The notes under the pieces: model-generated
What the model was told of the DNA's origin: nothing
Seen by the model: the letters and a program-made list of their open reading frames with translations, nothing else
The model's database searches: none
Part shown: piece after piece, positions 13,098 to 25,879 of the stretch
Numbering within the stretch: the stretch's first letter is position 1
Layout: each line of letters begins with the position of its first letter
Source: Lama glama
Lineage: Eukaryota
Assembly (NCBI GenBank): GCA_028534125.1
Contig: CM052816.1
Coordinates: 82,586,001-82,650,000 of the forward strand
DNA length: 64,000 nucleotides
Reading direction: 5' to 3'
Position numbers and translations under genes: made by a program

Positions 13098-13589
13098 GAT
13101 ATTATTGTCAAATGACCGTCGTAAGAACTTACCACGAATTGGGTGTCTGAAAACAACAGTTTGTTTTCTCACGGTTCTAGAAGCCATAAATCTAAAGTCA
13201 GGATGTCTGTGGGGCCACGCTCCCTCTAAAGGCTCAAGGGGATAGTCCTTCCCTGCCTCTTGCAGCTTCTCGTGGCTGTCATGTACCTTGGCTTCCTCAG
13301 CTTGTGACCATGTCACTCCAGCGTCTGCCGTTGTGTGCCTGTGTCTTCTCTCCTGTCGGTGTGTTTCTCGTAACGACACTTGTCATTGTATTTAGGGCCC
13401 ACCCAGATAATCCAGGAAGATCTCATCCCAAGATCCTTAATTTACGTACGTCTAAAAAGACCCTGTTTCCAATAAACTCTAATAAATTAAAATTAATAAA
13501 TTAGAATCTAATAAATTAGCTACACTAATAAATTCTGGGGTTAGCACCTAAACGTATCTTTTGGGGGGGCTACCATTCAACTCAGTACA
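13098..13589 (-). mobile_element. MaLR solo LTR (MLT1C-like) with internal (ctaataaatt)-type expansion at ~13471-13533
   Basis: ttctcacggttctagaagcc; tttagggcccacccagataatccaggaagatctcatc; accattcaactcagtaca. Confidence 0.9.
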
Positions 13590-14139
13590 GGGGGCTTGAT
13601 TTTCATCTTGGTAATCATATTTTTATTTCAATGGTCTCATAGCTTAAAGCATTTGCCATGTTTCCTAATTATAGTTCATCAATATATGCAATGAAAATAC
13701 CTTAGAAAGTAAAATATGGCATAAAAATACAGTTTTATAAACTGCAACATGCACCATCTAAAAATATTGATTGAACCTTAATAATATGTTTTGGGGAAAA
13801 TAACTGGTTAATTTTGATGAAAACAGAAACATTTCTTATGTGATCAACTTGATTTTCTTCACTCCTGCCATGAATCCTATTAGTGAGTTGGACAACCCTG
13901 TGTTTCTGCATAAAATGAAATGTTACAGAAAACACCGGTAGGAAGTAAAAGGTCAGAGAGATACCTTTTTTTCTTGTTTGTCACAAAGGGCAAAAACAAA
14001 AGGAACAGGACTAGAAAAACTAGAGGTCTGGAAAATTTCACCGATGTAAGAAAAGAGGAGTGAAAAAAGAAATAATTTTAATAAAATAAAAAAAGAAATG
14101 TTTATGCAAAACAGCAGAAATAAAATAAAAACGCGTCAT

Positions 14140-14661
14140 TGAAAAGGGACAAGGCACAAGTGAAACAGATATTTGAAAACCTGAGGAGTATATTGGCTGT
14201 ATCTCAGGTTTTCTGGTATATTCTGCTTCTGTCCTGGAATTCATACCTCTGGCCTGGCTGCTTCAGAGAATGCTGGGTGTTGGAAAACTCTTTTGCCACT
14301 CTGGACGTTGCAGACCTCTCACGCCTCAAGGACAAGCATCCAGCGGGTACCAATGGCAAGTCAAAATGGCCATTAGTAAGAATACAGAAGACCCTCTGAC
14401 AACATTTACTTACCCTCTGTTGCACTGCTCTGAGCCAATCATTTCCTCCACTCTTAAAACTTGCCTTTCAGTGCCACACTGAGGCCCATTTCGCCCTCTA
14501 AGGAAGCTGTAATGCATTTGATTGAGCCTCCCTTTCTCTGAGAGTGACCAGTGCAGATTTATCTGTTTCCACTCTTCTCTCCCCTGTGTGAGGTTGCAAA
14601 ACTTTTCTGCTTCAACTACAAAACTGCACTCGGGCCCTTTGGTTCTCTCTGTTCTTGAACA
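14140..14661 (+). mobile_element. Old ERV1-class solo LTR (MER110-like)
   Basis: TG...CA ends (tgaaaa...ttgaaca); blocks ttctggtatattct, ggctgcttcagagaatgctgggtg, ccctctaaggaagctgt, gagcctccctttctctgagagtgac resemble recalled MER110; CCAAT box gagccaatca. Confidence 0.5.
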
Positions 14662-16100
14662 ATAAAGACGTACACTACCTTAATTCAAGAACAAATTAAA
14701 ACGGAAAAGCAAAAGCAAATTTGCTGATTTAAAAGTCATCATTTATCCTTGTCCTTTTTTATGTCTTTCAAAAGAGAAGGAAAGTCCTCTGGCAGAAAAT
14801 AGGTGATCCCAAGGGGATGGTGAGCATGCTTAATGAAACCAGCACTGTTTGATCAAATGGCTTTTGCATAATTGAGAGGAAAAGATTTGCTGTCAGTCTA
14901 TTCCAGCTTTTATGATGGCTCAAAAATATCTCCATAAAAATCAACCTTTAAAAATTATATAGCCAAAGCCTTAGCATCCTACTCCATTGTCTTTATTCAA
15001 TAAAGGTTTAAAAGACAAATGAAATGACCATTATTCAGTTTTCATTCTCACCTGAAATCATTTGCTGGTGGTAAAATCAGTCAACGTGACAGGGATGAGT
15101 TCTAATGGAGATTGACATTAACTCACTGTGGGGCCACTAAATCAGAAGTAGCTGATCAGCTACGTTCTGCACCTTGAGTCTGATTTTTCCGACTTGTATG
15201 TTCTGTGTGGTTGTCCCTCTTTTACTTGTCAGTGAGTGCAGGCTCAGAATTTGGTAATATGAGAATGTAAAATATGCAATAATGTCTCAGCGGCCAGAGA
15301 AAGCTAGTGTAACTTGATATTACATTTCTAGGAGAAATATTTTTTTCTGGGAGTTTGGGATAAAGCCTGCTAGAAGATGCTATGACCTTTGGAGGAAAAG
15401 CCCAGTCTAAATCTAAGGGGTGTTATCTTGGGCTAGAAGCTTTTTGCAGACCTACTTTAAATATTTAGCTATTTTGTTAGGTAATAAGAGTGTTACAGTT
15501 TTAATCTCTGCTGTGATTTAGAAAGGAATAAAGAAGTAGTGATCTGTTTACAGTACATATTAACTAAATGCATTCATTTGCATAATACCTCTTTAGGGAT
15601 AGACTACATTATTCAGAGATTTCTATATGTGGAACTGCAGGGATATTTTAGGCTTCAGTGACACTGAGGTCTTAACTTAAAGTCTATTAGATTAGCACGA
15701 CAACATTTCCTGATTAAAAATTCCCATTAGTGGGAAGACGACTTTTGAGAAGCACTTTTCACCTTATGGTGCCTGCAACAGGGGAGAATAAATTTTCTTG
15801 TTTGAAAGTGAATTCCATATAGAAAGGCAAGCAGTTGCTTTTAAAGATATGAAGAGAATTCCTTTTTGATGTTGGAGGGATTCAAATGTTCTGGAGGAAA
15901 AAAAATCTATCACACAATCCCATACTTTAAAAAATACTTAAATTCCAAATTCCTACTAAAAAATCTAAGGGCAGTGATGTAAAAAAAATGCTGATCCCAC
16001 AGCATATTTCAGTTTTGACATGTTTATTAAAAAATGAAAAGTGTTGGTCCTTGTTCTTAATTGCAGGCTACTAGTCTTATTTTTTGATTGGGTAGGTATT

Positions 16101-16554
16101 TGTGGTAGATTAAATTATAATTTTCAAATGTTTCCTTCCCTTCCCTGTGAAAAAAACACCTCCCCCCATAATTAGGCTCGATCATGTGATTTTTGCTACT
16201 TTTCCTTATGAAAATATTTTTCTTCTCCACCCATTGATTGTGGTATTGTCTTGTGAGTTGGTTTAGCCAATGAGTTACTGATAGCAGCAGTGTGTGCCCC
16301 TTTCAAGAAAAAGGTGTAAGAGCCACCAGTGGTCTGCCACAGAAATGACAGTATGCTACTGTGTCTACTCCTTCAGCCTGAATCTAGAATAGATCTCTGC
16401 TTGACCTACAGTGTGAGAGGCAATAACCTTTGCTTATTTGCATGAGAGACCTTTGTTGTTGGAAACCATTGACATTGTGTGTGTGTGTATGTGTTGTGTT
16501 GTTGTTAACCATTGATGTTACTGTAACAATAAACTAGTGGAAGTTAAATGGTAC
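16101..16554 (+). mobile_element. MaLR LTR (MLT1H/I-like)
   Basis: Starts tgtggtaga; gtttagccaatgag; ctccttcagcctgaatc; acctttgttgttggaaaccattga; ends tggtaca. Confidence 0.7.
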
Positions 16555-17377
16555 AGCATTTTAAAATTCAAAATAATTATGACAAATATTGGGGAAATGG
16601 AAGATAAAGTTTTTATTAAGAAAAAATAAGAGGACGAAACAACACACATTTCTTTTTTGCTCTGAAGGTTATATAATATTCTTTCACTTTGGGGAAGATT
16701 ATGCCAATCTTTTCTCTCTTATGTGGTTTAAACCAAATCATCACATACTTTAAATTTGTCAAGTACATCTCATCAAGAGGATGAATACCCCAATTATCAC
16801 TTATTCTTCCTCCGTATCTTCCTCCACTACCTCCTCCTCTCCTTCCTTGTTTAACAAAACTTTTAAAAACACTTCTTGCAATCAAACTTTTAAATGGTAT
16901 CATCCTCTGAAAATAAAAGAATTGCATTGTCTTTCTTTTTTTCTATGTCTATTGTGGAAGTTCTCTGTTCCCACATTCCTCAACTCAGTAAAGCCAAAAG
17001 CTTCAGAATGAGGAAGACAGGAAAATGTTTGGCGGGTGAGTGGAAATACCAAAGAGAGTAACTCCCTGGGCTCTAGAATTCTAGTGTGAAAATACTCCTA
17101 AGAAGGGATAAATGGTCTGTATTTTGGCTTTATGTATAGATACTCTACATACATAGAGAACTCCAGTAGTTTGGTAGTTAAGTGAATAGAAATAAACATT
17201 TACCCTGGTGTTTTTTGGGTGTTTTTTTTTCATACTGTGCAGCCCCAAAAATATTTAGTTGGGTTCTTCTTTAGGTGTATAGTCTGTGAATGAGGCAAAA
17301 GGTTTAATAAAATATAACTAAAAATTAGTGTTTGACTGATGCAGTTAAATATAATTTTCAGCATCTGGAATAAAAAT

Positions 17378-18051
17378 TGCTGTTGAACCCAAGTTCATGT
17401 GCCTGATACACAGTGAGGTCAAATTTAGAGGCCAAACACAGTGAGGCCAAACCAAAACATGAGAGTTTGGAGCAGAGAAAGGTTAATTGCAGGGCCAAGA
17501 GAGGAGAACCGGGCAGCTCATGCTCAAAAGACTTGAACTCCCCACTGGGTTTCAGGGAAGCATTTTTAAAGGCCAGATGAGGGGTGGGAGCTGCAGGGTA
17601 TGTGATCAGCTCCTGCACAATTGTCTGATCAGTTGTTGAGATAGCATGGTGCCACAGAGGCCAACATCAACAATCCTCAGGCTCTGGTCGGTCTGAGGGC
17701 TACATGCTCAGTGCTCATGGTCACCTTTCATTTGGTGGGGGCTTTAGTGTCTGTAAAACAGTCGGGAATGTGCATCAGATATTGTTACCTATGTATTTCA
17801 GGGAGGAACTGAAGATTCTGTGACTTCCATATGGCTGACTGATGTTTTAAATTGTTACCAGGTCTCCTGGCCCAGCTGCTACTTTGTCACTACATGTTCA
17901 CATCCTTTCAACCACTAGTTCTTGATTCTGGCTTTTGTGACTCAGGGGAGGCCTGGGAGGCTACAGCTTTCCCACAGACAAGAGGCAGGCCGAGGACATG
18001 GGTGGAGGGGGTCTCTCCTGAAAAGGCCCCGTAGGGTTCTGCTCAATTACA
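17378..18051 (-). mobile_element. Artiodactyl-type ERV1 solo LTR
   Basis: TG...CA termini (tgctgttgaacccaag...gctcaattaca), 4-bp flanks aaat/caat, gagtttggagcagagaaaggttaattgcagggcc, internal duplicated acacagtgagg(t/c)caaa. Confidence 0.85.
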
Positions 18052-19857
18052 CAATGCATTTTCTTCTTAGGAGAAAATTAAATCAGTGAAGATAAGATTA
18101 TTTTCTTACATCTATCGCTAACCTCTAAAAAGTACATGTGAAATTCTCTGTTGTGGCTAACCAAGCTTTGCTGTTTGGTTTGGTTTGGTTTTGCTGTTGT
18201 TTTTTAAGTTTTATTTCATTTTTTGGTTTTGTTTTTGATTTTTAACAGAAACTGTGAAATCTGAGCTATGGCAACTTTCCATCTAAAATTTAGTGGGAAC
18301 AAAACTTAAATACCTCATAAGTGATGGTGCTCCTTTGCCAATTACTTTCAATGCGACCACTGCATGGCTGGTACTAATCTCTCACCCTAGCTCATTACTG
18401 TTCCCTAGCCAAAGAGGATAAAACTGCCTTAAGGCAACCGTTTAAAATACGGCCAAGGATGGTGAAGTTAGGGTTCAGGGCAAGCATTTATATTTGTTAA
18501 ATTACGGAGTCACCCCCATGTCTTACTGACTGCTTTGAATTTTCAGTTATTTACAATATGTGTAAACTTATTTGATGTATTTGGTTAAGATTTTGGCTCT
18601 TATTTACAGGATATACTATGTTAAAGACATGTTCATAGCATCTAACTTATATTGCTCCGAAGTGAAATAAAAATGATGAAAGTCTGCTGTGAGGAAGAAT
18701 TAGAATCAGTTATATTAGACAGAATGAGGAATGAGAATTGAAAGAGAATGTAAAATCGAAGAAAACAAGAAAGAATGAGAAGACCATGCAAAAAGAAAGA
18801 TGAGGAGATGATTTTAGCCATAAAAGCCTCTCCCAGGCATTTTCTAGTGATATGATTTAAAAACAATGGTCAGGAGTTAAACAAATGGATAATTCTGAGA
18901 TCATAAAGAAAGGAAGCTCAGAGAAATTCAAATTAGAGATATCTATGTGCATATGGAGACAATGAGAGAAAACTGACAAACCACACCTCCTTCTCCCTTA
19001 CTTGGATCTACTGTTTCAAGGCATGATCTTAGGAAGAGTTTGAGGGTGATGTGCAATCCTTGGGTGATTCTCTGTACTCTGAAATCTTCAAAGAATGTTT
19101 CCCAATGTGACGGAATTCATCATGCACCTCAGATAAGACAACATTTCAGAAGACAACGTTCAGAGACGTTCCTGAATGAGTTAAATCGAGCACACTCATG
19201 TTGCACCATCATCTTCTACTCTTTGTTTTTCTGCCTAGAAAACAAAATCTATTTGGCCTTGTCCATTTTGAAGAATCAAAAACATATTGCAATTCTTTTA
19301 CCTCTGGCCCTGACTGTGATCATCCTGGGGTGTGAAAAGTGAGAGATGAAGATTATGTTGACAAAAAACTGGTGACAGGACGGGGGTGAAGGTTTTACCT
19401 GGGATGGAATAGGCACTGAGCAAAACAGGATGGTGCACAAGGTAATTTGAAGACTTGTACAAGTGTTCATCAGTTCTGGAAATCAGTTCTGAAATTTTCA
19501 ACCAGAGCACACTGAGTTGGAAACTGGTTTACTGAAAAGCGAGAGAGATACATCAATATGGCTATGATGTTCTCATGCGATTTGCCTTAGCTTTTTCTTC
19601 TTACAGTTCCTGAGTAAAAACATCTTCGTGTTCTTTCTCATCCGCCTGCCTTCCCTGTTGAATCAAAATAATAATGGGAACAAAGTAGTATAAAATTTCT
19701 GTCACTTGTATGTTAATGTGGCTTCACACCTGAACTGGTACCCTATTCTTGGGAATCTCAAAGGCTAGAAGACCATCAGTAAGGGCGTGGGGCAACTTCC
19801 CTGAGTCAAAGCCCAAACCTAAGCCTGTCCTGCTGGGGTCAGTGTTTCTTCTCTTGA

Positions 19858-20098
19858 GAAGCAGTGCAGTGTCATGGTTCAGGGCATGATTTATGAGACC
19901 AGAATGCCTGTATTTGAATCTGCCAATCTGCATTGACCTTGGCAGGCTACTTTAATGCTCGCATCTCAGTTTCCTCATCTGTAAAATGGGAACTCCTCTC
20001 TTACCGACTGCATAGAGTTTTAGGGAGAATTAACTAAATAAATCTGTAAACCATTTATAAAAGTGCCCCATACACATTATATGTATGAGTTACTATTT
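19858..20098 (+). mobile_element. MIR SINE, near full length
   Basis: tgaccttggcagg...ctcagtttcctcatctgtaaaatggg core. Confidence 0.9.
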
Positions 20099-20958
20099 TG
20101 TTAGTGGTAGGAGTCTACAGCCTGTTTCCCCCCAAAGTCTCCCTATTCTGGCTTTATTCTCCACCTTTAGTTGTGATGAAAATATTCTCACCTGTGGACT
20201 GGCCATCTACAACTCCTGTTACCAAGTATCCTTTGAACTTTTCTAGCAATTAGAGCAAGGGCAGAAACAGACATATGTTCTATTTAAGTATTTTTCAGAA
20301 AAGGGAGTTCAAAAGATAGAGGGCTCATGGGAGACATCTCAGTTCGAGGACATTCTAAGGACAAGGCAGTAAAAAATCCAGGTGAAGCTGGATACTGTTA
20401 GAGTATAAATGTGCCAGTGAGTGAGTGCATCCATTAAAATGAAAATTAAACTGTGCATAGAATGAGGAAAATTATCAACAGTGGTGTCTATTTTAGAAGA
20501 TTCAAAACCAAAATAACATAAGAAAGCCGTAGAAACTCACCTAGTTTTTTTTTTTTAAAGTGATTTTTGGTAACGTTTTATATCTACTTTGATTATGTCA
20601 TGACTCAAAAGTTTATGTCATGCTGTCTTTAATGTCACTTAGTTAATAAGACACAGGCTTTCAGGGATGTTTGATTTTCTATTCATAATACACCTTTCAT
20701 GAAATGAGACTGTTTACTGGGCTGGTCTTTGTTTTACCAGGGCACTGCCAATTTCCATCCAAAAAGCATATAACATCCAGAGTGACTCGTCCTGTTACTT
20801 CTTTTAGAGGCTGGTTTCCTACTTTGGCAGGAAATACAGTCAAATCCATATGACACTGGCATATATTTCAAGAAAGTTATTTTTGCAAAGGGGAGGCATA
20901 TGACTTAGTAAAATTCTCTTTCTAAGATGCCACTCCTTACAAGGCTACATTGCTGTGT

Positions 20959-20994
20959 ATTTTTATTTTATTTTATTTTATTTTATTTTATTTT
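20959..20994. repeat. (TTTTA)n microsatellite
   Basis: Read directly. Confidence 0.95.
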
Positions 20995-22529
20995 GGTTTC
21001 TTTTCTTCCGCTTCCCCCTTAATATTAATGTTATTTTAGATGGCCCGGTACTTTCTATTCTCTTAAAAACACCTCCTGTGTGTTACCTCCTTCACCAGTG
21101 CTCTCACTCTCACTATGTTAAGGAAACAGACACATGCTTTCTGAAGGACCATTCCAAGATATTTGAAATGTGCCAGAAAGACTTTGAGTCATTTCTACGG
21201 GAAACAAAATGTGACAAATCTATTGCAATAGAGACTCAAATATTTGAGTAAACTCCTGACCCGCAACATAGTATGAGGAAATTCAAATGACTAGTTATAG
21301 AGAATCTTGGAAATAGTTTTCCTGTGACTGTTAAAAATAGTCTTTAAAAAATCAATTTTTGGTAAGTTCTTCAATTGAGTCAGTTTATCTTAAAATCTTT
21401 AGTCTGTGATTAATAGACTTTTGGTGTATTTAAATTCCAAGGACCACCTAATCTGTATCAATGAATAGAAATATTTGAAGTAAAAGATAAAAAGAATTTT
21501 TTTACAAAAAGAAGGAAAATATTAAGGAGAGGGAGCAGTGTGGGGAAAGTCGGTGGGCTGCCGAGGAAAGCCGAAAGATGCTCTTAGAAGCTTCACGGTG
21601 TTAAGCAAAGTATTACACTGAATTTGATTCAGCTTTATGGGAAAGTCTATGAAGAGTAATTTGAAGGGGGAGATGACACCTAGCTTCTAACTGACCTGCA
21701 GAGACTTCCACCAGCTGTCCCTTAATTATCTCTTAACAGCTAAGCAGGTTGAAGAGATAGAATCAATCACCAGAGATAATGCTACAAGACGAAAGTGAGT
21801 GCAGAGAAGGAACTCCGCCTGCCAGTTGCCCTGAGGCCCTAGGCTCTTAGCAGTCTGTGGGGGTGTCCTCATGGGATTGAGAAATGAAGTAGGAGAGAAG
21901 TCCATAGACGTGGCCATGCAGGGTATTTTGGAGGGGGTAGAGGGCAACAAATTTCAAAATACATTAATCTAATTACCATGAAAGCAATCATTTTCAGTTG
22001 GCTTTATGTGTTATCACAGAGTCATTTGAAACCTGTTGAAGTATGATCATTTTTGAGGAAGGTTTTTAACCATACAAATGCCAATTTTAACCTTTCCTAA
22101 CTGAACAAACCAGAAGGAGACATACTACAACAAAGTATGAACAATAGGATACTGAAATCTTGACTGTGATGACATTTAAAACTGTAATGAACATCTTTCA
22201 TCTAGACTAGGTTGTTTTGTTATTTTTAAGCAAGAAACCTGAGAATCTAAATAATATTTCCAAAAATGGTTAACTTTACACAGCAAGCTTATTTGTATAA
22301 TGGTAGATTACAAAATGTGTGCTCCAGTAAACACAGACACACATCTAAATTTTTAAAACAATGATAAATCTCTAAATTTCAATGATATTTTATGTATTTA
22401 TGGTATTATCAGAAGCCAAGGCTGTGCTGAAATTCTGGCTGCTTTGTATAATCAGTTACACTCTTGCCTTGTTCTCCAAACTGACCATGGAGAGTTTGGG
22501 CTGATAACTGAAAAACGCTGCTCACCATC

Positions 22530-23170
22530 TGGTTCTACAAGAACTGGGTCACGAGCCACTGTAGTACTGCCCATCAGCACACCCTGAAAGGAGTTCAGGA
22601 CTGAGATCAGGCATGAGGCACTCTGTGATCTGGGAAAGCTGGTAGAACAGACCTTCAGATAGGTATCTTCTGGAGAAAAAAAATTTTTTAGCAGTTAAAA
22701 AAAATATTAGTTTTTAAAGCAAGGGATCTACTTGTTCAAGTGACACTCGAGCAGGTCCCTGGTGTCCTCAGAGCACGGAAGGCATGCATGGGGCCGGAGG
22801 GCCCTCGGGGCCAGGAGACGGACGATGTGGAGAGTCCCAGAGAGCCCAGGCCATCCATCTCCAGGGCAGCTTCAGGCCACGCTGGTTTGGCCTAAGCTCT
22901 TCTCAGGAGAAAAATTTATATAACTGGAGTCTTGCATCTTCCTATACTTAGAAAAGCACTAAAGCCATCACCTGTTTCTTGTGACTGGCAGCAACCTTCT
23001 ATAGAGCAGTGTGCTTGATTGCAAGTACCTGCTTTGCCAAAATTGCATGTATGCTACTTCCCCACTTAACTCTTCCGAGAGGCTGTCTTCTAGGCTATAA
23101 TCTTCAGTAAGTCCCCAAATAAATCTGAAACTCACAGCTCTTACAATGTGTATTTTTATTTCAGTCCACA
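22530..23170 (+). mobile_element. Artiodactyl-type ERV1 solo LTR interrupted by ~215-bp foreign insert
   Basis: cacaccctgaaaggagttcagg, gaggcactctgtg, tcttgcatcttcctatacttagaaaagcactaaa, AATAAA in ccccaaataaatc, ends gtccaca. Confidence 0.8.
22688..22901 (-). pseudogene. Putative retroposed GC-rich RNA 3' fragment of unknown origin
   Basis: GC/CpG-rich segment between duplicated ggagaaaaa(aaa)ttt motifs, with T-run at left end (poly-A on minus strand). Confidence 0.55.
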
Positions 23171-23189
23171 GGACCCAACAACAGATGGA

Positions 23190-23400
23190 TTGTAACAATG
23201 GTAGCAAAAGTCTTAGTGACAGAGGAGCTGGGCTTGACTCTGCCTTTTTCTTTACTAGCTCGTGACTGTAGGCACCCACTTAAACTCTCCATTGCCCCGT
23301 TGCTTCACTCATAAAATGGGAATGATATTGCCTTTACTGGAATAGAGCTGTGTGGTAATACTGGTGAAAATGCTATACAAACTGGGAAGTATTTTAAAAA
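23190..23400 (+). mobile_element. MIR SINE
   Basis: ttactagctcgtgactgtaggcacccacttaaactct...ataaaatgggaatgata. Confidence 0.7.
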
Positions 23401-24336
23401 TCAAAGCTTTTGTTACTGTTTCTGCAAACCATTTTTCTTTCTGCTTTTTTTGGTTGTTGTCTGTGTAATCAAACCATGATCTTAGAGTAAATATTTGGAA
23501 AAACAAGACAAACTGTGAGAAAGTCCTTTTCCAAGCTTTAATTTTATTTTGCTTATATAGTAGCTAAAATCTCCACCAAAAAAAAAAAATAGGTCAGTTA
23601 GAGAACATAGATTTTTATTAAAGCAATAACACATTATAGGGGAAAGAACTTTAGGGTTATGGGAGCATTTTTCATTCTCAATCGAGTTTTAATTTAAAGG
23701 TTTGTGTGTTATTTTTTGATTGTTTTCTGAATCAGCTCCTCAAACAATAAGACTCAAACTGACACATTACCCAAAGTTATAAATAAAGAGCATAATTTAG
23801 TGTGATTTTTTTCTAAACTATGCATAAATTATATAAGATCTTGAAAAAATTCACTCTAATCAATGTTTTCCTTATGTCAGGGAAAGAAAGAAGACCTTGT
23901 AAAGTGCAGCTAGCATTTTACGGTTTCCTTCTGGCTCCTTGACACTTGTGTTGCTGTTAATGTTGCTGTTGAATATTTCTCCCCTGTGAAGTGCAGCATC
24001 ATGATGGGAAATTCCATTGTTTGACTTTCTATAGCACTCTACTGAAGACAGTACACTTAATCATTGTATTTTGCAGATTAGATAAGGCTTCCTCCGTGCT
24101 TTCTCTTTTCCTCCAGCAATTTAATATAGTGGTTGGCTTGCACACTTGTAATTAAAAAGTGACTTATGAAAGTGCACTACAGACAAGACACCTACACCCC
24201 TTCGCAGCCAGGGCTGGCGACTAGATGCAGTAATAATACTATGCCAAAATCATATGATTATTCCAACAATCGCTCCCGTTTTTCTTGTAAAAGATCATTT
24301 AACATGCAGTTATGTTTGATATTCCAAGTAAAGTAG

Positions 24337-24401
24337 TACCCGGAGCAGAGGAAGGGAGACTCAGTGATACCCGGAGCAGAGGAAGGGTGACTCAGTGATA
24401 C
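24337..24401. repeat. 31-bp tandem duplication (2 copies, 1 mismatch)
   Basis: tacccggagcagaggaaggg(a/t)gactcagtga at 24337-24367 and 24368-24398. Confidence 0.95.
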
Positions 24402-25879
24402 AGAGCATTAAGCTCTGCAGCTTAATGACAATGGGTCAAAAAGTGTATTCTTTCTCCACTTACGTCTTCACTTATCTCTCTGCATGTGTTGCCATTTTGT
24501 TTATGTGGCTTTTTAAGGTAAAATATTTCTCTTAGCAAATTTGCTTTCCTATATGCTTTGGAACCTCACTGATCTTGAAGGTGGTGATTCCACCTAAGTG
24601 AAAATTATGGAGCAAACTGCAGAGTTGTCCCGAGTCAGGATTCTTGATTAGATGATTTTTGTCTTCATTGTACTCAATGCACCATATGACTTTCCTAGCT
24701 TGCAGACTTCTTCCTCAAGCAGTAGAATTTCTTACAGTCTCTCTTTTTGTCTCTTTGTCTTTCTCTTTCATTTTATGCAGTCAGAAATAAATACATTTTA
24801 TTCCAGCCTGCAAACCATTATTGCACACCTGTACCTCTGCCAGGCATGGACAGGATACTGGGGGTAACTGATAACAACAATGGAGAAACAAACATATGAA
24901 GAGCCACAAGGCAATCAGAGAAGGGGATGTTCTGATAGTTGGGGAATATACACTTCTATTAGGACTAAGAAAGGACAGGATGAACTCACCTTTGGAATAA
25001 ATTCATGTCAGTGTTTTAAGGACTGTTTTCAAATTAAAATCTAGTATTATAATCAAAATTCTTGCTAAATAAGAACAAAAATTAACAGATATGTCTACTG
25101 CATTTTAGAGGTTATTAAAAACTAAGTTTCCACTCTGCTGTGCAATGTGGAGTCAATTAGAGCACACGGAGAGAAGGTCTAATACGTAGTGTGAGTTCCA
25201 AGCACTAGGTTAGAACTAAAGACATAGGTTCTGACCTACTTTCAGTGTTTGGTTCTAGGATTTAAGCCTGATAGGTAGGTTTGACCAAAGATACAAACAG
25301 GTGGAAAATTCTAGAAATGGTCTTATAAGTGTTCCCAATTTTGGAGAGGCAGTGAAGTACAGGAGTTAAAAAATTTAAGAAATAGTGAAAACTTGGGCAC
25401 AAATAGCTAGCTGATTTTCCTTATCAGTCCTGAGTCTAAGCCATCAGTTTTGAATGTTTGGCAAAGCTTGAGTGACTGTAATATTTACAGACTAAACTGG
25501 AACACTGTTCCAAGGTCAAGAGGGGCACTGTTAGTAATTGCGCCAGGACAATAGTAATAAACAGGAAATGACCCTGGGCAAAGTGGGACAGATGGTCACT
25601 CTAAATAATTCCGGTTCTAGGACCAGGCCCAACGTCAAGCCATTTGACGGTGGCTTTTCTATCTCATTTTCTTATTGTCTTTTCTGTCTCCCCTCAGTGA
25701 AGCACATTTCTCTGTCAAGCACACCTCTGATCCACTGGAGAGGGAGAGAACAACGAGCCAGGACTGCAGCAGCTGGCTGGTCTTCTCCTTCAGATATCAG
25801 GAGACACTGCCCTCTGCTTTACCACTATGTCCTCAAGCATGGAATTCTCTGCATTTTCCACAGCAGAATAACAGCAATT

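Noticed and set aside
15142..15168. 16-bp perfect palindrome gtagctgatcagctac with short extension
   Set aside because: About one such palindrome is expected by chance in 64 kb; too short for a pre-miRNA
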